A DNA stretch of 64,000 nucleotides from Podarcis cretensis (lineage: Eukaryota). The stretch lies in the NCBI GenBank assembly GCA_951804945.1, contig OX638155.1, positions 65,782,001 to 65,846,000 on the forward strand. The letters are read 5' to 3'. How positions within the stretch are numbered: the first letter of the stretch is position 1; every line of letters starts with the position of its first letter. A program made the position numbers and the translations under genes. Positions 13,885 to 25,633 of the stretch are shown piece by piece. Under the pieces are notes generated by a model. That model had not been told where the DNA came from and did no database searches. It saw nothing but the letters and a program-made list of their open reading frames with translations.

Positions 13885-14129
13885 GTGAAGAGTTTGGATT
13901 TGATATCCCACTTTATCACTACCCGAAGGAGTCTCAAAGCAGCTAACAATCTCCTTTTCCCTTCCTCCCCCACAACAAACACTCTGTGAGGTGAGTGGCA
14001 CTGAGAGACTTCAGAGAAGTGTGACTAGCCCAAGGTCACCCAGCAGCTGCATGTGGAGGAGCGGAGACACAAACCCGGTTCACCAGATTAGGAGTCTACC
14101 GCTCTTAACCATTACACCACACCGGTTCT
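13885..14129 (-). mobile_element. tRNA-derived CORE-type SINE (Squam3/MIR-like)
   Basis: Minus strand has an A-box head gtgtggtgtaatggttaagagc, a CORE-like tgggtgaccttgggctagtcac, and an L2-like tail. Confidence 0.75.
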
Positions 14130-16368
14130 CACCACACCAGTAGGTCTTGAACTGTTGAGACCATCTCTGCTTTAAGAATAAACCCCTGGTGCCTTTGGTG
14201 TTGTGTGGAGTCCATCATTTCAACAGCGGATGCAACTGGGTGGGGAAGAGAGCTGCAAACGAACTCCAGATGTGTTTCAGTGCAGTCCTTGCTGGATTTT
14301 TCCGCAACTGTACTAATGTCACAAACTGACTCCACGTGAAAAGAAAGATTCTCAAAGCACACAACTCCAGTTTTTGGGGTGGGTCACACTGGCAATAGAT
14401 ATTAGCAGTGGAAGGGGTGATTACAATGAACACTCCCAAGAACAGAGGCAGTCTAGCTATCCATGTTGGAGCTAGAAAGTGGGGAGAATTTCCAAAATAA
14501 TATTTGGCTGTTGAAGGCAACATTCGGCCGAATTCCAAAGGAAACCTCCCTGCCCTGTTTGTCCAGGCAGATAAGGAGATGATGTCAGTATGAGGTACTC
14601 AAGATATCAGGCAGTCTGAGGGGAGCAGGTGAGGGGGGGAAGCTTTCATAAAATTAACCATGGTTTGATAATCTGTGGGACAATTTGTGGTTTGTTTCTG
14701 TGAAACTATATATAGCCACTATAACTGCATTATTAGGGTATGATATTTAATTTTCATGGCTGCATTAGATGACTGCCTGCTGAAAGTCCAGCTGATTCTA
14801 TTTCACTTTTGCGTTCATTATTCTAAAAAAAGATCACTAATTGTTTCTTTCAATCGTTCAAAAGTAAAACCCGCTTACGTGTGCGTTCTGTGCAATTTTG
14901 ACCTTCTCTCTAACTGCCACACAGTTCAGCAGTAAAATGTACTGCTCCACTACTGGAATCCAAAGTTTTTATTTGAATAACATACTTCTGTAGAAATTTC
15001 CCAGGCTTCTATTGACATGCCAGACATTCACAGAGTCAAGCAATCACAAGACAGCTCTATTAGCAATCTTGAAGAGGTATGGGATAAATAAATACCTATC
15101 ACTTTAGAAACAATAATAATAATAAAATACTGGTGCTTTTCCTTCCCTCTTCAATGCCACTTTATCCTCCGTTCTTAATCTTTAATTTCCTATCCCCAAA
15201 TCCCTTTATAGTGAAATTACTAATCTGCTAATGAGAAACAGCATATTCATCAAAACCAATTAATGTCATATTGTTTGCAGTGATACCTTCTCTCTCTACC
15301 CCCTTTCCCTTCAGATTAATAGGGCTGTTGCTCAAACTAAAATGGAATTTTAATTACATGCACAGAGTTTCATATGAAAGATAGTGCAGACTAAACTAAT
15401 GGGCAGAGGTGACGACAGCTACCATTTCACCGCAATAAAGTCAAATTTGGCCTGTCTTACATTGCAGGAAAAAGACGTTGCAATGTTTCTTGACAGCTGC
15501 AGTGATAGGAAACATATTTTGTTTGAATTGCTGAAGGAGCACACGTTAATTCTTCACAAGAGTAGACCCACTGAAAATAATGAACAAAACTAACTTAGGT
15601 CTATTAATTTCAATGGGTCTACTTTGACTAAAACTTAAGCGACTACAACGCCTGGTTTCAAAATCCCACTCAACCATGAAACTTATTGAGTGGCATTGGA
15701 ACAAGCTATTGTTTCTCAGTCAAATCACTTCACAAAGTAAAATGGAAAACCACCAAAAGCACATTGAAAGAAGGATTGATAGACAAATGGATAGACTGAA
15801 CAGTACTCGAAGAGGGAAGCAAGGGAACAGGGATAATTTCAAAGTTGGAATAAGAAGGAAGTGGGTAGCCTAGCCTATGTACAATTAAACCCACCCCAAA
15901 AGATGATGCATAGCATCCTACCCCAATCCAAGCAGGGAGCCACTGACCTTCTGCATAATCCGCAAATAATGACCAAGAACCATCCTCTTGGGTAATTTGG
16001 AACACTCATGTTTTGATTTCACGCCAAACCACTTAGAAGTTAGACTACAGTCAAGCATTTAACATTTTGTTAAATAAATAAAAAACAAATGCATAGTACT
16101 AAATGTATAGTACTACTTTGAACTTATGCTGGATATAAAGATGGTTGAATTGTATATAACAACTGAACAGGCACAAAAAGACACTATGGGTGATATTCAA
16201 CTAAGTTTTACTCTGAGTAGAACCACTGAAATTAATGAACCTGACTAAGGACCATCAATTTCAATAGGTCTGAATACCACCCCAGAGTTGTGCATTATGA
16301 CCATTTATCAGGTAACTGAATACCATACAGTATTTTAAATCAATGGTATCAATTTATTGTTCTTTCCT

Positions 16369-16369
16369 C

Positions 16370-16403
<34 letters not shown>
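16369..16403. repeat. (CTAT)n microsatellite
   Basis: Direct reading. Confidence 0.95.
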
Positions 16404-16442
16404 CAACCATTTACATACTGCTTCACACCTCAGTCTGTAAGC

Positions 16443-16544
16443 CAGGTCTGGGGAATCTTTAGCTTACCCCATGGCCAGGCTTGCTAGGGCTGGTGGGAGT
16501 TCTAATTCAGCAACAACTGGAGGTCCAAAGGTTCCTCACACCTG
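16443..16544. mobile_element. hAT-type MITE
   Basis: TIRs caggtctggggaa / ttcctcacacctg with a degenerate 8-bp TSD ctgtaagc/ctctaagt. Confidence 0.7.
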
Positions 16545-16552
16545 CTCTAAGT

Positions 16553-16909
16553 AAGGTAAAGCTGAAGGTAAAGGGACCCCTGACCATTAGATTCAGTCGT
16601 GACCGACTCTGGGGTTGCGGCGCTCATCTCGCTTTATTGGCTTTATTGGTACAGCTTCCGGGTCATGTGGCCAGCATGACTAAGCCACTTCTGGCGAACC
16701 AGAGCAGCGCACGGAAATGCCGTTTACCTTCCCGCCAGAGCGGTACCTATTTATCTACTTGCACTTTGATGTGCTTTTGAACTGCTAGGTTGGCAGGAGC
16801 AGGGACTGAGCAACAGGAGCTCACCCCGTCGCAGGGATTTGAACCGCCGACCTTCTGATCGGCAAGTCCTAGGCTCTGTGGTTTAACCCACAGCGCCACC
16901 TGCGTCCCT
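16553..16909 (-). mobile_element. Sauria SINE, full length
   Basis: Minus-strand tRNA-like head gggacgcaggtggcgctgtgggttaaacc and (ACCTTT)-type tail. TSD taagt(a/g)aggta. Confidence 0.92.
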
Positions 16910-17019
16910 TAAGTGAGGTAGGGTAAGGTTTAAAAAGTTACAATAAAAATAAAATCAGTTATCCATAAGATCAGAAAGCATACTTAAAATGCCTGTTGAA
17001 ATTAAAAATAAAACTTCTC

Positions 17020-19267
17020 TTTTTTTAAAAAAAAAATAATGTTTATTACTTTTAAACACTACAAAAAAGAAAGAAAAAAGAAAAAAGACAAACAAAAAAC
17101 ACACACAATACAATACAATATAAAAACATTACACAGCACTAACACCATAGACTAAACAAAACAAAACAAAAACACTTTAACACACATCATACAATTTCAA
17201 TGTCATATCTTTCATTTACTTGTTTCAACGACCTCCTCACACCTCCCTTTTTGTATTCCACTTCTGTTGATTGTTTCAGCAATTCCTTTCCATCTTCCTC
17301 TGTTTTCTATCCTATAATTATCTTAACATATTCTAACCTTATTCTTCCCTAATACTCTAATAATCTATTTAAACTTAATTCCTTATAACATTTCTACTAA
17401 AGCCATATAACTTCATTCCAACATTTTTCTAACATTCATTAATTTTACAATATTTCTATAAATCGTCTTTAAACTTTTTCCAGTCTTCTTCCACCGACTC
17501 TTCTCCCTGGTCTTGGATTCCGCCAGTTTCATATAGTCCATCAACCTGGTGATCTTCTGTCCGATGCTCTTAGCTCTTTTCCAAGTCCCTTCTGCAGATC
17601 TTCTTCATATTTATACAAAAACTTTACTTTGTCTTCTACTGATCTTATTTTTATTTTCCTTCCTTTGAAGCTGAAGAGTAGACCTTGGGGAAACTCCCAC
17701 CTGAAGATGATTTTATTCCTTCTCAGCAAGGCAGCCAAATCTTCGTAGTTAGACCTAAGATCCAAAAGCTATTTCAGGGCGTCTTTAAAAATTTCAACTC
17801 TTGGCTGTTGTACCTCCAGGCTCCTCCGATAGTGCCAACAGTTTCCCACTCTGTTCCTCTCCCTTTTCCCTCCTCTTCCAAGTCTGAAGGCCCTCACAGT
17901 TTTAATCTCTTCTTGACCCAAGTCCAAGTCCCAAAAATCAGCAAATTCCTGTGTGAGGAAATCTATCATACTTTCCTTCTCCAACTCAGGTAGGGCTCTG
18001 ATCCTCAAATTCGTTTGTTTTTCTTTAAGCTCAATCATAGCAAGCGTCGACCTATGGTCATCCAGTTGCCTCTGCAAGGCTGGGACTCTCTCTCTCTCCA
18101 ATTGTGTTACATTACATTCAGCAGCAACGGCTTTCATCCTAGCTTCCTCCGTAGTCTGCCATGTTAAAGTAGATTCCTGGATCAATTTCTGGATGGTTCT
18201 GTATTGATATTCACCTTTTGTCCCAAATTATTTATACTTTCTGTATTAAATTGATTTTAGTAGTTGCAGCTTCCACTTTCGCATTTGTCACTTCTACTTT
18301 CTTGTTAAGCTGTTCCAGTGAATCACTTATCTTATTTAATGCAACCGCTAAGGCCTCTTCTATCGACATTCCTCTTGATTTTGAATATGCTGGTACAAAA
18401 GCAGTAGAAGAAGCAGCAGCAGGGGAGCCTGATGTAGAGGGAAACAGTTTCTATTTAAGTTAGTCAGTAATGTCCTTTTTTAAAACACAGCTCAAGCAAT
18501 GAAGTTAGTTTCAATTTTCAGTTACATTTACTCCTTTTTTAAAAGCAGACGGAGACAGTGGAAACAATGTATTTCTCTTATTAGCTAGCTGTCAACGAAC
18601 GATCGCTGTCAGTGAACGTTCCAAAAAACATCAGTCCTGCTAGCAGCCCGTTTCCAGGATCTGAGCGGCGGTATTTTAACTCTCTTTGCTCTCTCCCGCA
18701 GGCTTATTCAGTTCACAACTCCCCCCCTCTCCTCCTGCCTCCAAGGGGGGGTTTAATATTCTTTACCGATGGAAATTTAGTCCTTTACAATAGGCTTTCC
18801 AAGACTTCAGCTTGCAGCCTCATTGCTTCAGTCTATTTACAAAAGGGGAAGGCGGACTTCCTGTATTGAACCTCCCCATTACGATACCAAATTAAACGTT
18901 TAGAAATCCAATTCTCCCGCTTCAGCTCTACTCACGGGTAGTTACTTTAGATTCAAATTGTCCACAGGAAAAAGTCAGCGCTCTCTGGCAACAGCTATGT
19001 GGCTTTGCTCCGTGGAAGAAGCAGACAATTCGAAGCACCAGCGCTGCTCACCCCACGTCGCTCCAGACCCCCAAAACCGGGTTTCCCCATGAGTAGGGGA
19101 GGCGCAAAAGGTGCCTGCCGAATCCCACATTCACAGGCTTCTCCCGCCTGTGATTTTTTGCGTGTCTCCGCCTTTGCCGTGGCGGCCAGAACCAGATTCC
19201 CACGGGGCAAATTCCTCCCGATCAGAGGAATTCCGCCATTACTGGAGGCGCCAACCCGGAAGTCCCC
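17020..19267 (-). mobile_element. Non-autonomous L1 derivative (HAL1-like): 5'UTR, decayed ORF1, ORF2 C-terminal remnant, 3'UTR and A tail
   Basis: Perfect 17-bp TSD TAAAAATAAAACTTCTC at 17003-17019 and 19268-19284. CpG-rich 5' end GGGGACTTCCGG. L1 ORF1p-like motifs NLRIRALPE, RAFRLG and FRWEFPQGLLF. Confidence 0.88.
17541..18369 (-). pseudogene. L1 ORF1p-like coding region, disrupted
   Basis: ATG at 18369 gives MSIEEALAVALNKISDSLEQLNKKV (coiled coil). Frameshifts near 18250 and 18195 and an in-frame TAG at 17771-17769. Ends ...ELRASDRRSPG*. Confidence 0.8.
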
Positions 19268-21431
19268 TAAAAATAAAACTTCTCATTAGGTGATGCACAT
19301 TCAAGAGTGGGGAGGCCTCTCTGATTTCAACAGGGGTTCCACAGAGTTGGGCCCAGAGTACTGAACACATGGCTCCTGGTGGATACAAGCCATACATCTG
19401 GGCCATGAGGGATCCTCTGAAGATCTCAGTGACCGATTGGGGATACAAGAAGTCAGGCACTTAAAGTATCCTGGATCCAAGATGTTAAGAGTCTTGTAAA
19501 TGTATAATAAATGCAATGTATAATAAACTCACCATTTTAAGGTAAATTCGCATGAACCCTTTCCAGGCAGAACGTTCCACTGAATTAAATGGGGCTTACT
19601 TCTTAGTAGACCTGTATACCATAATCAGTCAAATGAAACTAGTCTGCCTTAATAACTACTGTTACTATTTTATAATTAAAAGATAGAACCTGGATAGAAA
19701 TTACAATTGATCTCTTTGTCTAAAGTCACAGGCATAGGCAAGGAATAAGATTAGTATTAGTGATGCACTGAATAATTTAGCTGTGTGTAAAACAAATTAG
19801 GGCATGTTCCTTTGTTCATAAGATGGATGGTGCAACAAAGAGGTAGGTATTTTAATATCCTGCTTAATGTCAACTTAGTAAATGAGATTCTTCCTTAACC
19901 TTTCTGCTTCATTCACAAAGATGGATGGCCACAAGGCCCTACAAAGAAAAGCACACAAATGTTTGAGGAGATGATTCAAAGAGTTGGGGCATCTCTTAGA
20001 AGTGGGAATCAAAGAAGTCACAATTTAAAAAAAGGAAAATATGCTTTTTATGCTTTCAACTGAATACCTGAAATGAAATTATATAGAATCACCTACCTAC
20101 GAGTTACCTATTTTGTGAAAAGGAGTAACCACAGGAAACCATGACGTACATACTGTTAAGTGGCACTATTATGTAATGCTTAGTTACCTAAAGCATTTCA
20201 ATTTAATCAACTCCAAAATGCTTTAACTCTTGAGATGTTATCACTGAAACTGACACATTTGCAATGAGTCCTGTTACATATTATGCACAATGGCAGAATC
20301 ACCTGTGTTGAATCACCATTGGCTGTGGATTATGGTGGAAAGTACCGATGCAAGTCCATCAGTCCACTTGATGTACACTGCCAATGTAAGGTTACTTCTA
20401 TGGAGAAGAAGCAACCAATCCTCCAAGGGGTGGCATTGAATTGGTATTGAGAACAGAATTTCAGTCAGTAGGAAGAAGACAAACATTCATACATCTGATC
20501 CTTTCTTTCTTCTTTCTTTTGTTCACACAAAGTCTCTTCCCATACTTCCTGGAATATATCAACATTCATTGTAGAAAAGAGTCACCAACCTTTTTAGGTA
20601 GGTGGGCACATTGGGATTTTTCAGCTAAATAATGTAGATTATGTTCCTACGCTTAATATGGAGAATTTGCAGAACACTATCCCTCAGAAAACTCATTGAA
20701 CATACTGAATGATACATTTTGGCAACATCACAGGGTGGTGTGCCAGATCGATATTCTTTTTCAGTAATGAGATTTGCTTTTGTTTGTTGTGTTTGAATCA
20801 TTAGTGAAATCTTTGCTCCACCATGCCTGCCCAAAAGGCTTTCCAGTCCACAGGATGTCACCATATGGATGCATCTCCAAACAATATGACAACCGAGCCA
20901 ACCAAAGAGCAGCAACAGCACAAAAAGCCCACAACACCTGTGAAGGGCCTCTTATAACACAGGCTTCCACTAGAAAAAAAACGTATCAAGGCAACCACAG
21001 CACAATGACAAACAGCCTTTATAAAGGAACTGATCTAATTATAAAGTTAAATTACAGGGTTCTTGTAAAGAAAACACAATAACAGCAATGAGCCTGGAAG
21101 TGGCTAAGTTCCCAACAAAATCATCCCTATTAGCTTCTATTCATGACTTGAATTATGCCTTTTTATCTCTGCACAGCATTCAGCATTTACTTACCATTAA
21201 ATTTTGAAGCATTGCAACTTTCTGCTGACATTAATTCATTCCCCAAAATAGAAGACTCCAGCCTTTCCTCTGTTAGACATTTAAGCCATTCAGGTGTTTA
21301 TTTCCTTGTTTCTTTCTTGAACTTTAGAACAGCAAGAAAGCTCAGGAGTAGAGGCATGATGAATGAGAGGCGGTTTTCGAAAAGGCAGAAATGTTGTCAC
21401 TTAATCTAACAATAAAAGAGCAGCCTCCTAC

Positions 21432-21646
21432 CTTGAAAACAAACATTTCCCGACGAAGAATGGCTAGAGTGTTAAAATTTCCATCGCAGATGTTGGGCTT
21501 GGCTCCAGGGTAAGAAGGCTTGTCTCCTGTGGGTGGCCGTGGAGGTTTAGGCCTGTCATTCTTCCGTGGATCTGCTGGAGGGACAGAACGATGTGGGGGC
21601 ACTGTTGGCAGAGGTCTTGTTGGTGGCGGGAGTTTGTCAGGTGGCC
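21432..21646 (-). CDS. MMP16: MMP16 exon 6 (proline-rich hinge and start of hemopexin domain), 215 bp
   Basis: ttttccccccaaag|GG CCA... = (G)[71 protein letters not shown]|gtagga. Confidence 0.97.
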
Positions 21647-22737
21647 CTTTGGGGGGAAAAAATGATACTAGCAGATTAACGTCTAGGAGACTGCATACTT
21701 TTCAGTTGATGATGCCATGAGCTGAATTTCACAGGAGCTGCAAATTAAACCCACACGAAACAAGCAAATTTGCACAGACAATCTGGCAAATAAAGGGAGC
21801 TGGTATCTCAACAGTGGATTGCTTGTGGCCCTTAAAACTATGGTATGGCTGAGTTCCACAGCCTTTATCGCCAATCCTACCAATTAATTGGGATGGAAAT
21901 GTTTAAACAGTAATCTGCGGTTAAAGCTTAAGTTAATTAATCACACTTGAGTAGCTGATTAGAGCTTGCAGCCCTGTAACTTTTTCCGTTTTTCTTTTTA
22001 AAAAAAATGATTGCTAAACTTCTTAGCAGCAGAGATAAGTCTTAATACACGGTAGCAAAAAATGTCTGCTGCCAGTGTATTTCCTTTTCCTTCTTTACTA
22101 TAAATTGGGAAATGGACAAATTGGAATTAGTTGCTAGCTTCAAGGCCAGACTACTCACACTGAATTAATTAGATCTAATCAACTTCGCATAATTCCGGTC
22201 ATGCTGAATGTGCATAATTTGGGTTACTGAATTTTTGCTATTTTGATTTGCTGTAAGTTACCAGTAGCTCCAGCTATTTTATACTGCCTTGTTCACTGAA
22301 GCCAAATCATACTTAGGGCAACACTACTCTCCCTGGACAAGAAGTTCTCAAAGAAGAACCTGTGTATAACAGATTCTGAACAGCTGGTGCCTGATTAAAA
22401 TTGGGATCTAATGTCTAGTCATCACAAATAGTGGCTGAGGAGGCAAACTTGTGTTTGGACTGCATCATTCTAGACTGCAGGTTTCACTGAACATCCGTTT
22501 CCTCTGCCAAGTAAGCCATCACTGTGGTTTACAAAAGTATGCATGGTGTGAAATAAGTGGAGATAGGCATTTCTCTTCCTCTCTAAGAACACTGCAATTT
22601 GCGGTCATCCACTAAAATTGACTGGCAGTAGATTCAGGGAAGACAAAAACAAAGTGTTTCTTCATGCAAAATGTTGTTAAGTTGTGGAATCTCCCGCCAC
22701 AAGATATTTGCCAAGGACAATAACCTGTGGGTTAGAG

Positions 22738-22866
22738 CAGGTGTGGAGAACCTTTCGCTCTCCAGACATTACTGAGCTGAAACGTCAATCACTGCTGACC
22801 ATTGGCCATGCTTGCTAGGATTGATGAGAGGGCAATATCTGGAGGGCCAAAGGTTCCCCATACCTG
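22738..22866. mobile_element. hAT-type MITE
   Basis: TIRs caggtgtggagaacctt / aaggttccccatacctg. Same family as the 16443 and 52711 copies. Confidence 0.75.
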
Positions 22867-24304
22867 GTTTGGAGGATTTCATTTGACAGGTCCATGGATA
22901 ATCTTTCAATTGTCATGGTGAAATGAAGCCACCAGGTTCAGAGTACTGGTTGCTAGAAGGCACTTCGTAGTTATGGTGTCATGCCGTGGGGTGGGGGACC
23001 AAAGGTGGTTTACATTTTTAAACTACTAAAACAAATACAAAATATAAAACGAAGAGTGACAAGAGCCAATGGTATGTGATTCTTGGCCTGGGCTTCCTTA
23101 CTTCTGCTGGTCAGGGATGCTGGGAGTTCTAGCCCATCGTAAGTCTACCTTGGGTATGACATAGTTGAATACAACCCTAAATACTTATTGACAAAATCTT
23201 CATAACAGCTATCCTTAGCAAGTCACTGATTCAGTCCACAGTTTCTTACCTAAGGAAACCAATGAACCAGTGAACAATATTTAATCTAAACAGTAAAACA
23301 AAGGCCATTGTTGATTTTATCACTGTGGCAGCAGAATCAGGCATCTTCCAGGAGACAATATCTGGTTGAAAAATGCTAAATCCAAACTAAAGTTTCCACG
23401 TGATGTCATGTTTAACTTCCCAAGGGCAATAAAACTCTTCAAAGTACAGCTTACAGCTGCTAGATACTGGTATTTAGTATGAAGGCAAAATAACCTTGTC
23501 TGGCCCTTCTGTCTAGACTCATGAGGTCATAGAAAACATCTTCTTCTGCTCAACCACACAGGAGAAACCCAACCATTTAATTTCCTCTGTGGAGCAGCCT
23601 GGATATGATAACACATATGCAACAGAGTAGCATCTACCATGCTGCTCCTATATAATCTTCTATCAATGCACCCAATGCTTAGCACCCAGTTCAACAGTGC
23701 ACATTGGAGCAAGAGAATATTCCTCTCTGCCTGAAGCGGCTTGCAAACTAAAACACACACACACATTTCTCAGAAAAGAAAGAAAGTAAAGGAAAGAGGA
23801 AGAGGAAGGAACAGCAAACATTTTGGTGCAAATAAAAATCTTAAACAGAAGTTTAAATCAAACTTTAAAATACAAGAAGCCACAATGAATAAATGAACAG
23901 AAATCAAAGATGTCAGAAGGCAAATTAAAAAATGGCAGTGCTGATCCTACACCATTTTGGTGGTACCTGGAGTCAGCGGGGGGAGTGCAAACCCAAATGA
24001 TGTGTCCATCCCCACCCCCTCTAATGATATGTGTTTGCTGAATTTATTTCTGCATGAATCTAAATTGCATGCAGAATATTTGAAAACCTTTGGGCAAAAA
24101 TCAACCCTGAAAAGGGTTGTTGTGGTGATTTACTACCTTAGCAGCGGTATTGGCCCAGAATAAATACTACTTGTTTTGCTTATCTTTAGGGGGATAATCT
24201 GGCATTTCTAGTACTTAATGGAGAGAGGAGCTCAGTTTGCCTGGTGTGAAAGAAAAAAGGAACATGATGATGAACTTCTGTAAGGATATATTGGAATGAG
24301 TCAA

Positions 24305-24453
24305 GAGAGGAGCTCAGTTGGTAGAGCATGGCTCTCTTAAGCTGGGAGGTCGTGGGTTAGAGCCCCATGTTGGGTGAAAGATTCCTGCACTGCAGGGGGT
24401 CGGACTAGACAATCCTCACGGTCCCTTCCAACTCCACAATTCTGTGATTCTGT
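24305..24453 (+). mobile_element. Short tRNA-derived SINE with a CR1-type 3' tail
   Basis: Head agctcagttggtagagcat...gggttagagcccc followed by the CR1 tail ggtcccttccaactccacaattctgtgattc. Second copy at 32649-32786. Confidence 0.8.
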
Positions 24454-25023
24454 GAGTCAAGTGCAAGCAAGTGCTTCAGTGAAGCAATCAAATGGAAAGG
24501 ATGGCTGGAGTGAAGAAGAACCAGGAGTTGAATTCAAATGAAGACTGAGCCAATGGTTTGTCCTAGAGGAAGTCAGCTTACTATGTTTCTAAGATGACTA
24601 GAGCAGATATAAGCAATAAGATAGAAGAAAGAGGAAAGAGAAGGGCAAAGGAAAGAGGAAATATTAATATTTTAAGAGAAGTCTAGGTTCTCCTTGAATA
24701 AAAAATATTTGTACTACTTGGTTAAATATTGAAGAACATTGTTGCTGTTAAGTGTGGATTTCAGTTCAACTTGTGAACAGTATCTGAAACATGGTGGTTT
24801 GGCAAAAGCCCTTGGCTTTATCTCAACACAGAATCAAAATCCCTTCAAGGAAATGAATACAAACAACAAGAACAAATAGTTATTGTAGTTTGCATTTTCA
24901 TATTTGTTCAGTTGTAAGCACAACCCTCAAGCTACAAAGTCTGACTCAAAATTGTAAGGTAATTCCCAGAAATGTTTAAGAGACATCTACCCCTCCTTTT
25001 AACGTTCTAAACATGCTCTAATG

Positions 25024-25274
25024 CAGGGGTCAGCAAACTTTTTCAGCAGGGGGCCAGTCCACTGTCCCTCAGACCTTGTGGGGGGGCCGGACTATATTTT
25101 TTGGGGGGGAATGAACGAATTCCTATGCCCCACAAATAACCCAGAGATGCATTTTAAATAAAAGGACACATTCTATTCATGTAAAAACACACTGATTCCC
25201 AGACCATCCGTGGGCAGGATTTAGAAGGTAATTGGGCCAGATCTGGCCCCTGGGCCTTAGTTTGCCTACCCATA
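25024..25274. mobile_element. hAT-like non-autonomous DNA transposon
   Basis: Termini caggggtcagcaaact / agtttgcctaccca with gggcc subterminal motifs. TSD not clear. Confidence 0.7.
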
Positions 25275-25471
25275 CATGGAGCTTTTAAACAAGTGGATTG
25301 CCCCATTCACTTCAATGAAGGGAACAGATAGTATGCACACAAGGAGTGCATAAGCAGATGTGCAACCTTCAATGGATGCATAGTGCGCACAACAGTGTAG
25401 GAGTGTATATATCTGGAAGTGACCCATCCCATTAGAATTTTTTAAATATTTTAAAGAAATAACCAGCATAC

Positions 25472-25633
25472 CATATATCTTTTGGATTCCCTGCAAATCA
25501 TCATTAGGTAGTTTGAAGTTGTCGGTTTCCATGTACTGGTAAAATGGAGCCATGATGGCAGTAGGGTCATTTGAATGCTCCAGACCCAAAGCATGTCCCA
25601 GTTCATGAACTGCAACTAGAAACAAATCGTTCC
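25472..25633 (-). CDS. MMP16: MMP16 exon 5 (zinc-binding motif and Met-turn), 162 bp
   Basis: ctccag|GG AAC... = (G)[53 protein letters not shown]+G|gtatgc. Contains HExGHxxGxxH. Confidence 0.98.

Noticed and set aside
18995-19293. Overlapping ORFs in a GC-rich segment (also 33551-33865)
   Set aside because: These fall in the CpG-rich 5'UTRs of the L1 derivatives, where stops are scarce; they show no shared peptide between the two copies.
1-21296. Search for MMP16 exon 7 (DQWFWRVRNN-like)
   Set aside because: No such coding sequence seen by eye on the minus strand; the exon presumably lies beyond the left edge.
24305-24375. tRNA gene
   Set aside because: Degenerate cloverleaf joined to a CR1 tail, so a SINE head. 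The same applies to the tRNA-like pieces near 48950 and 55710.
25266-25471. ORF extension beyond MMP16 exon 5 (likewise 40520-40674 beyond exon 4)
   Set aside because: Read-through past good GT donors into intron, with no MMP similarity.
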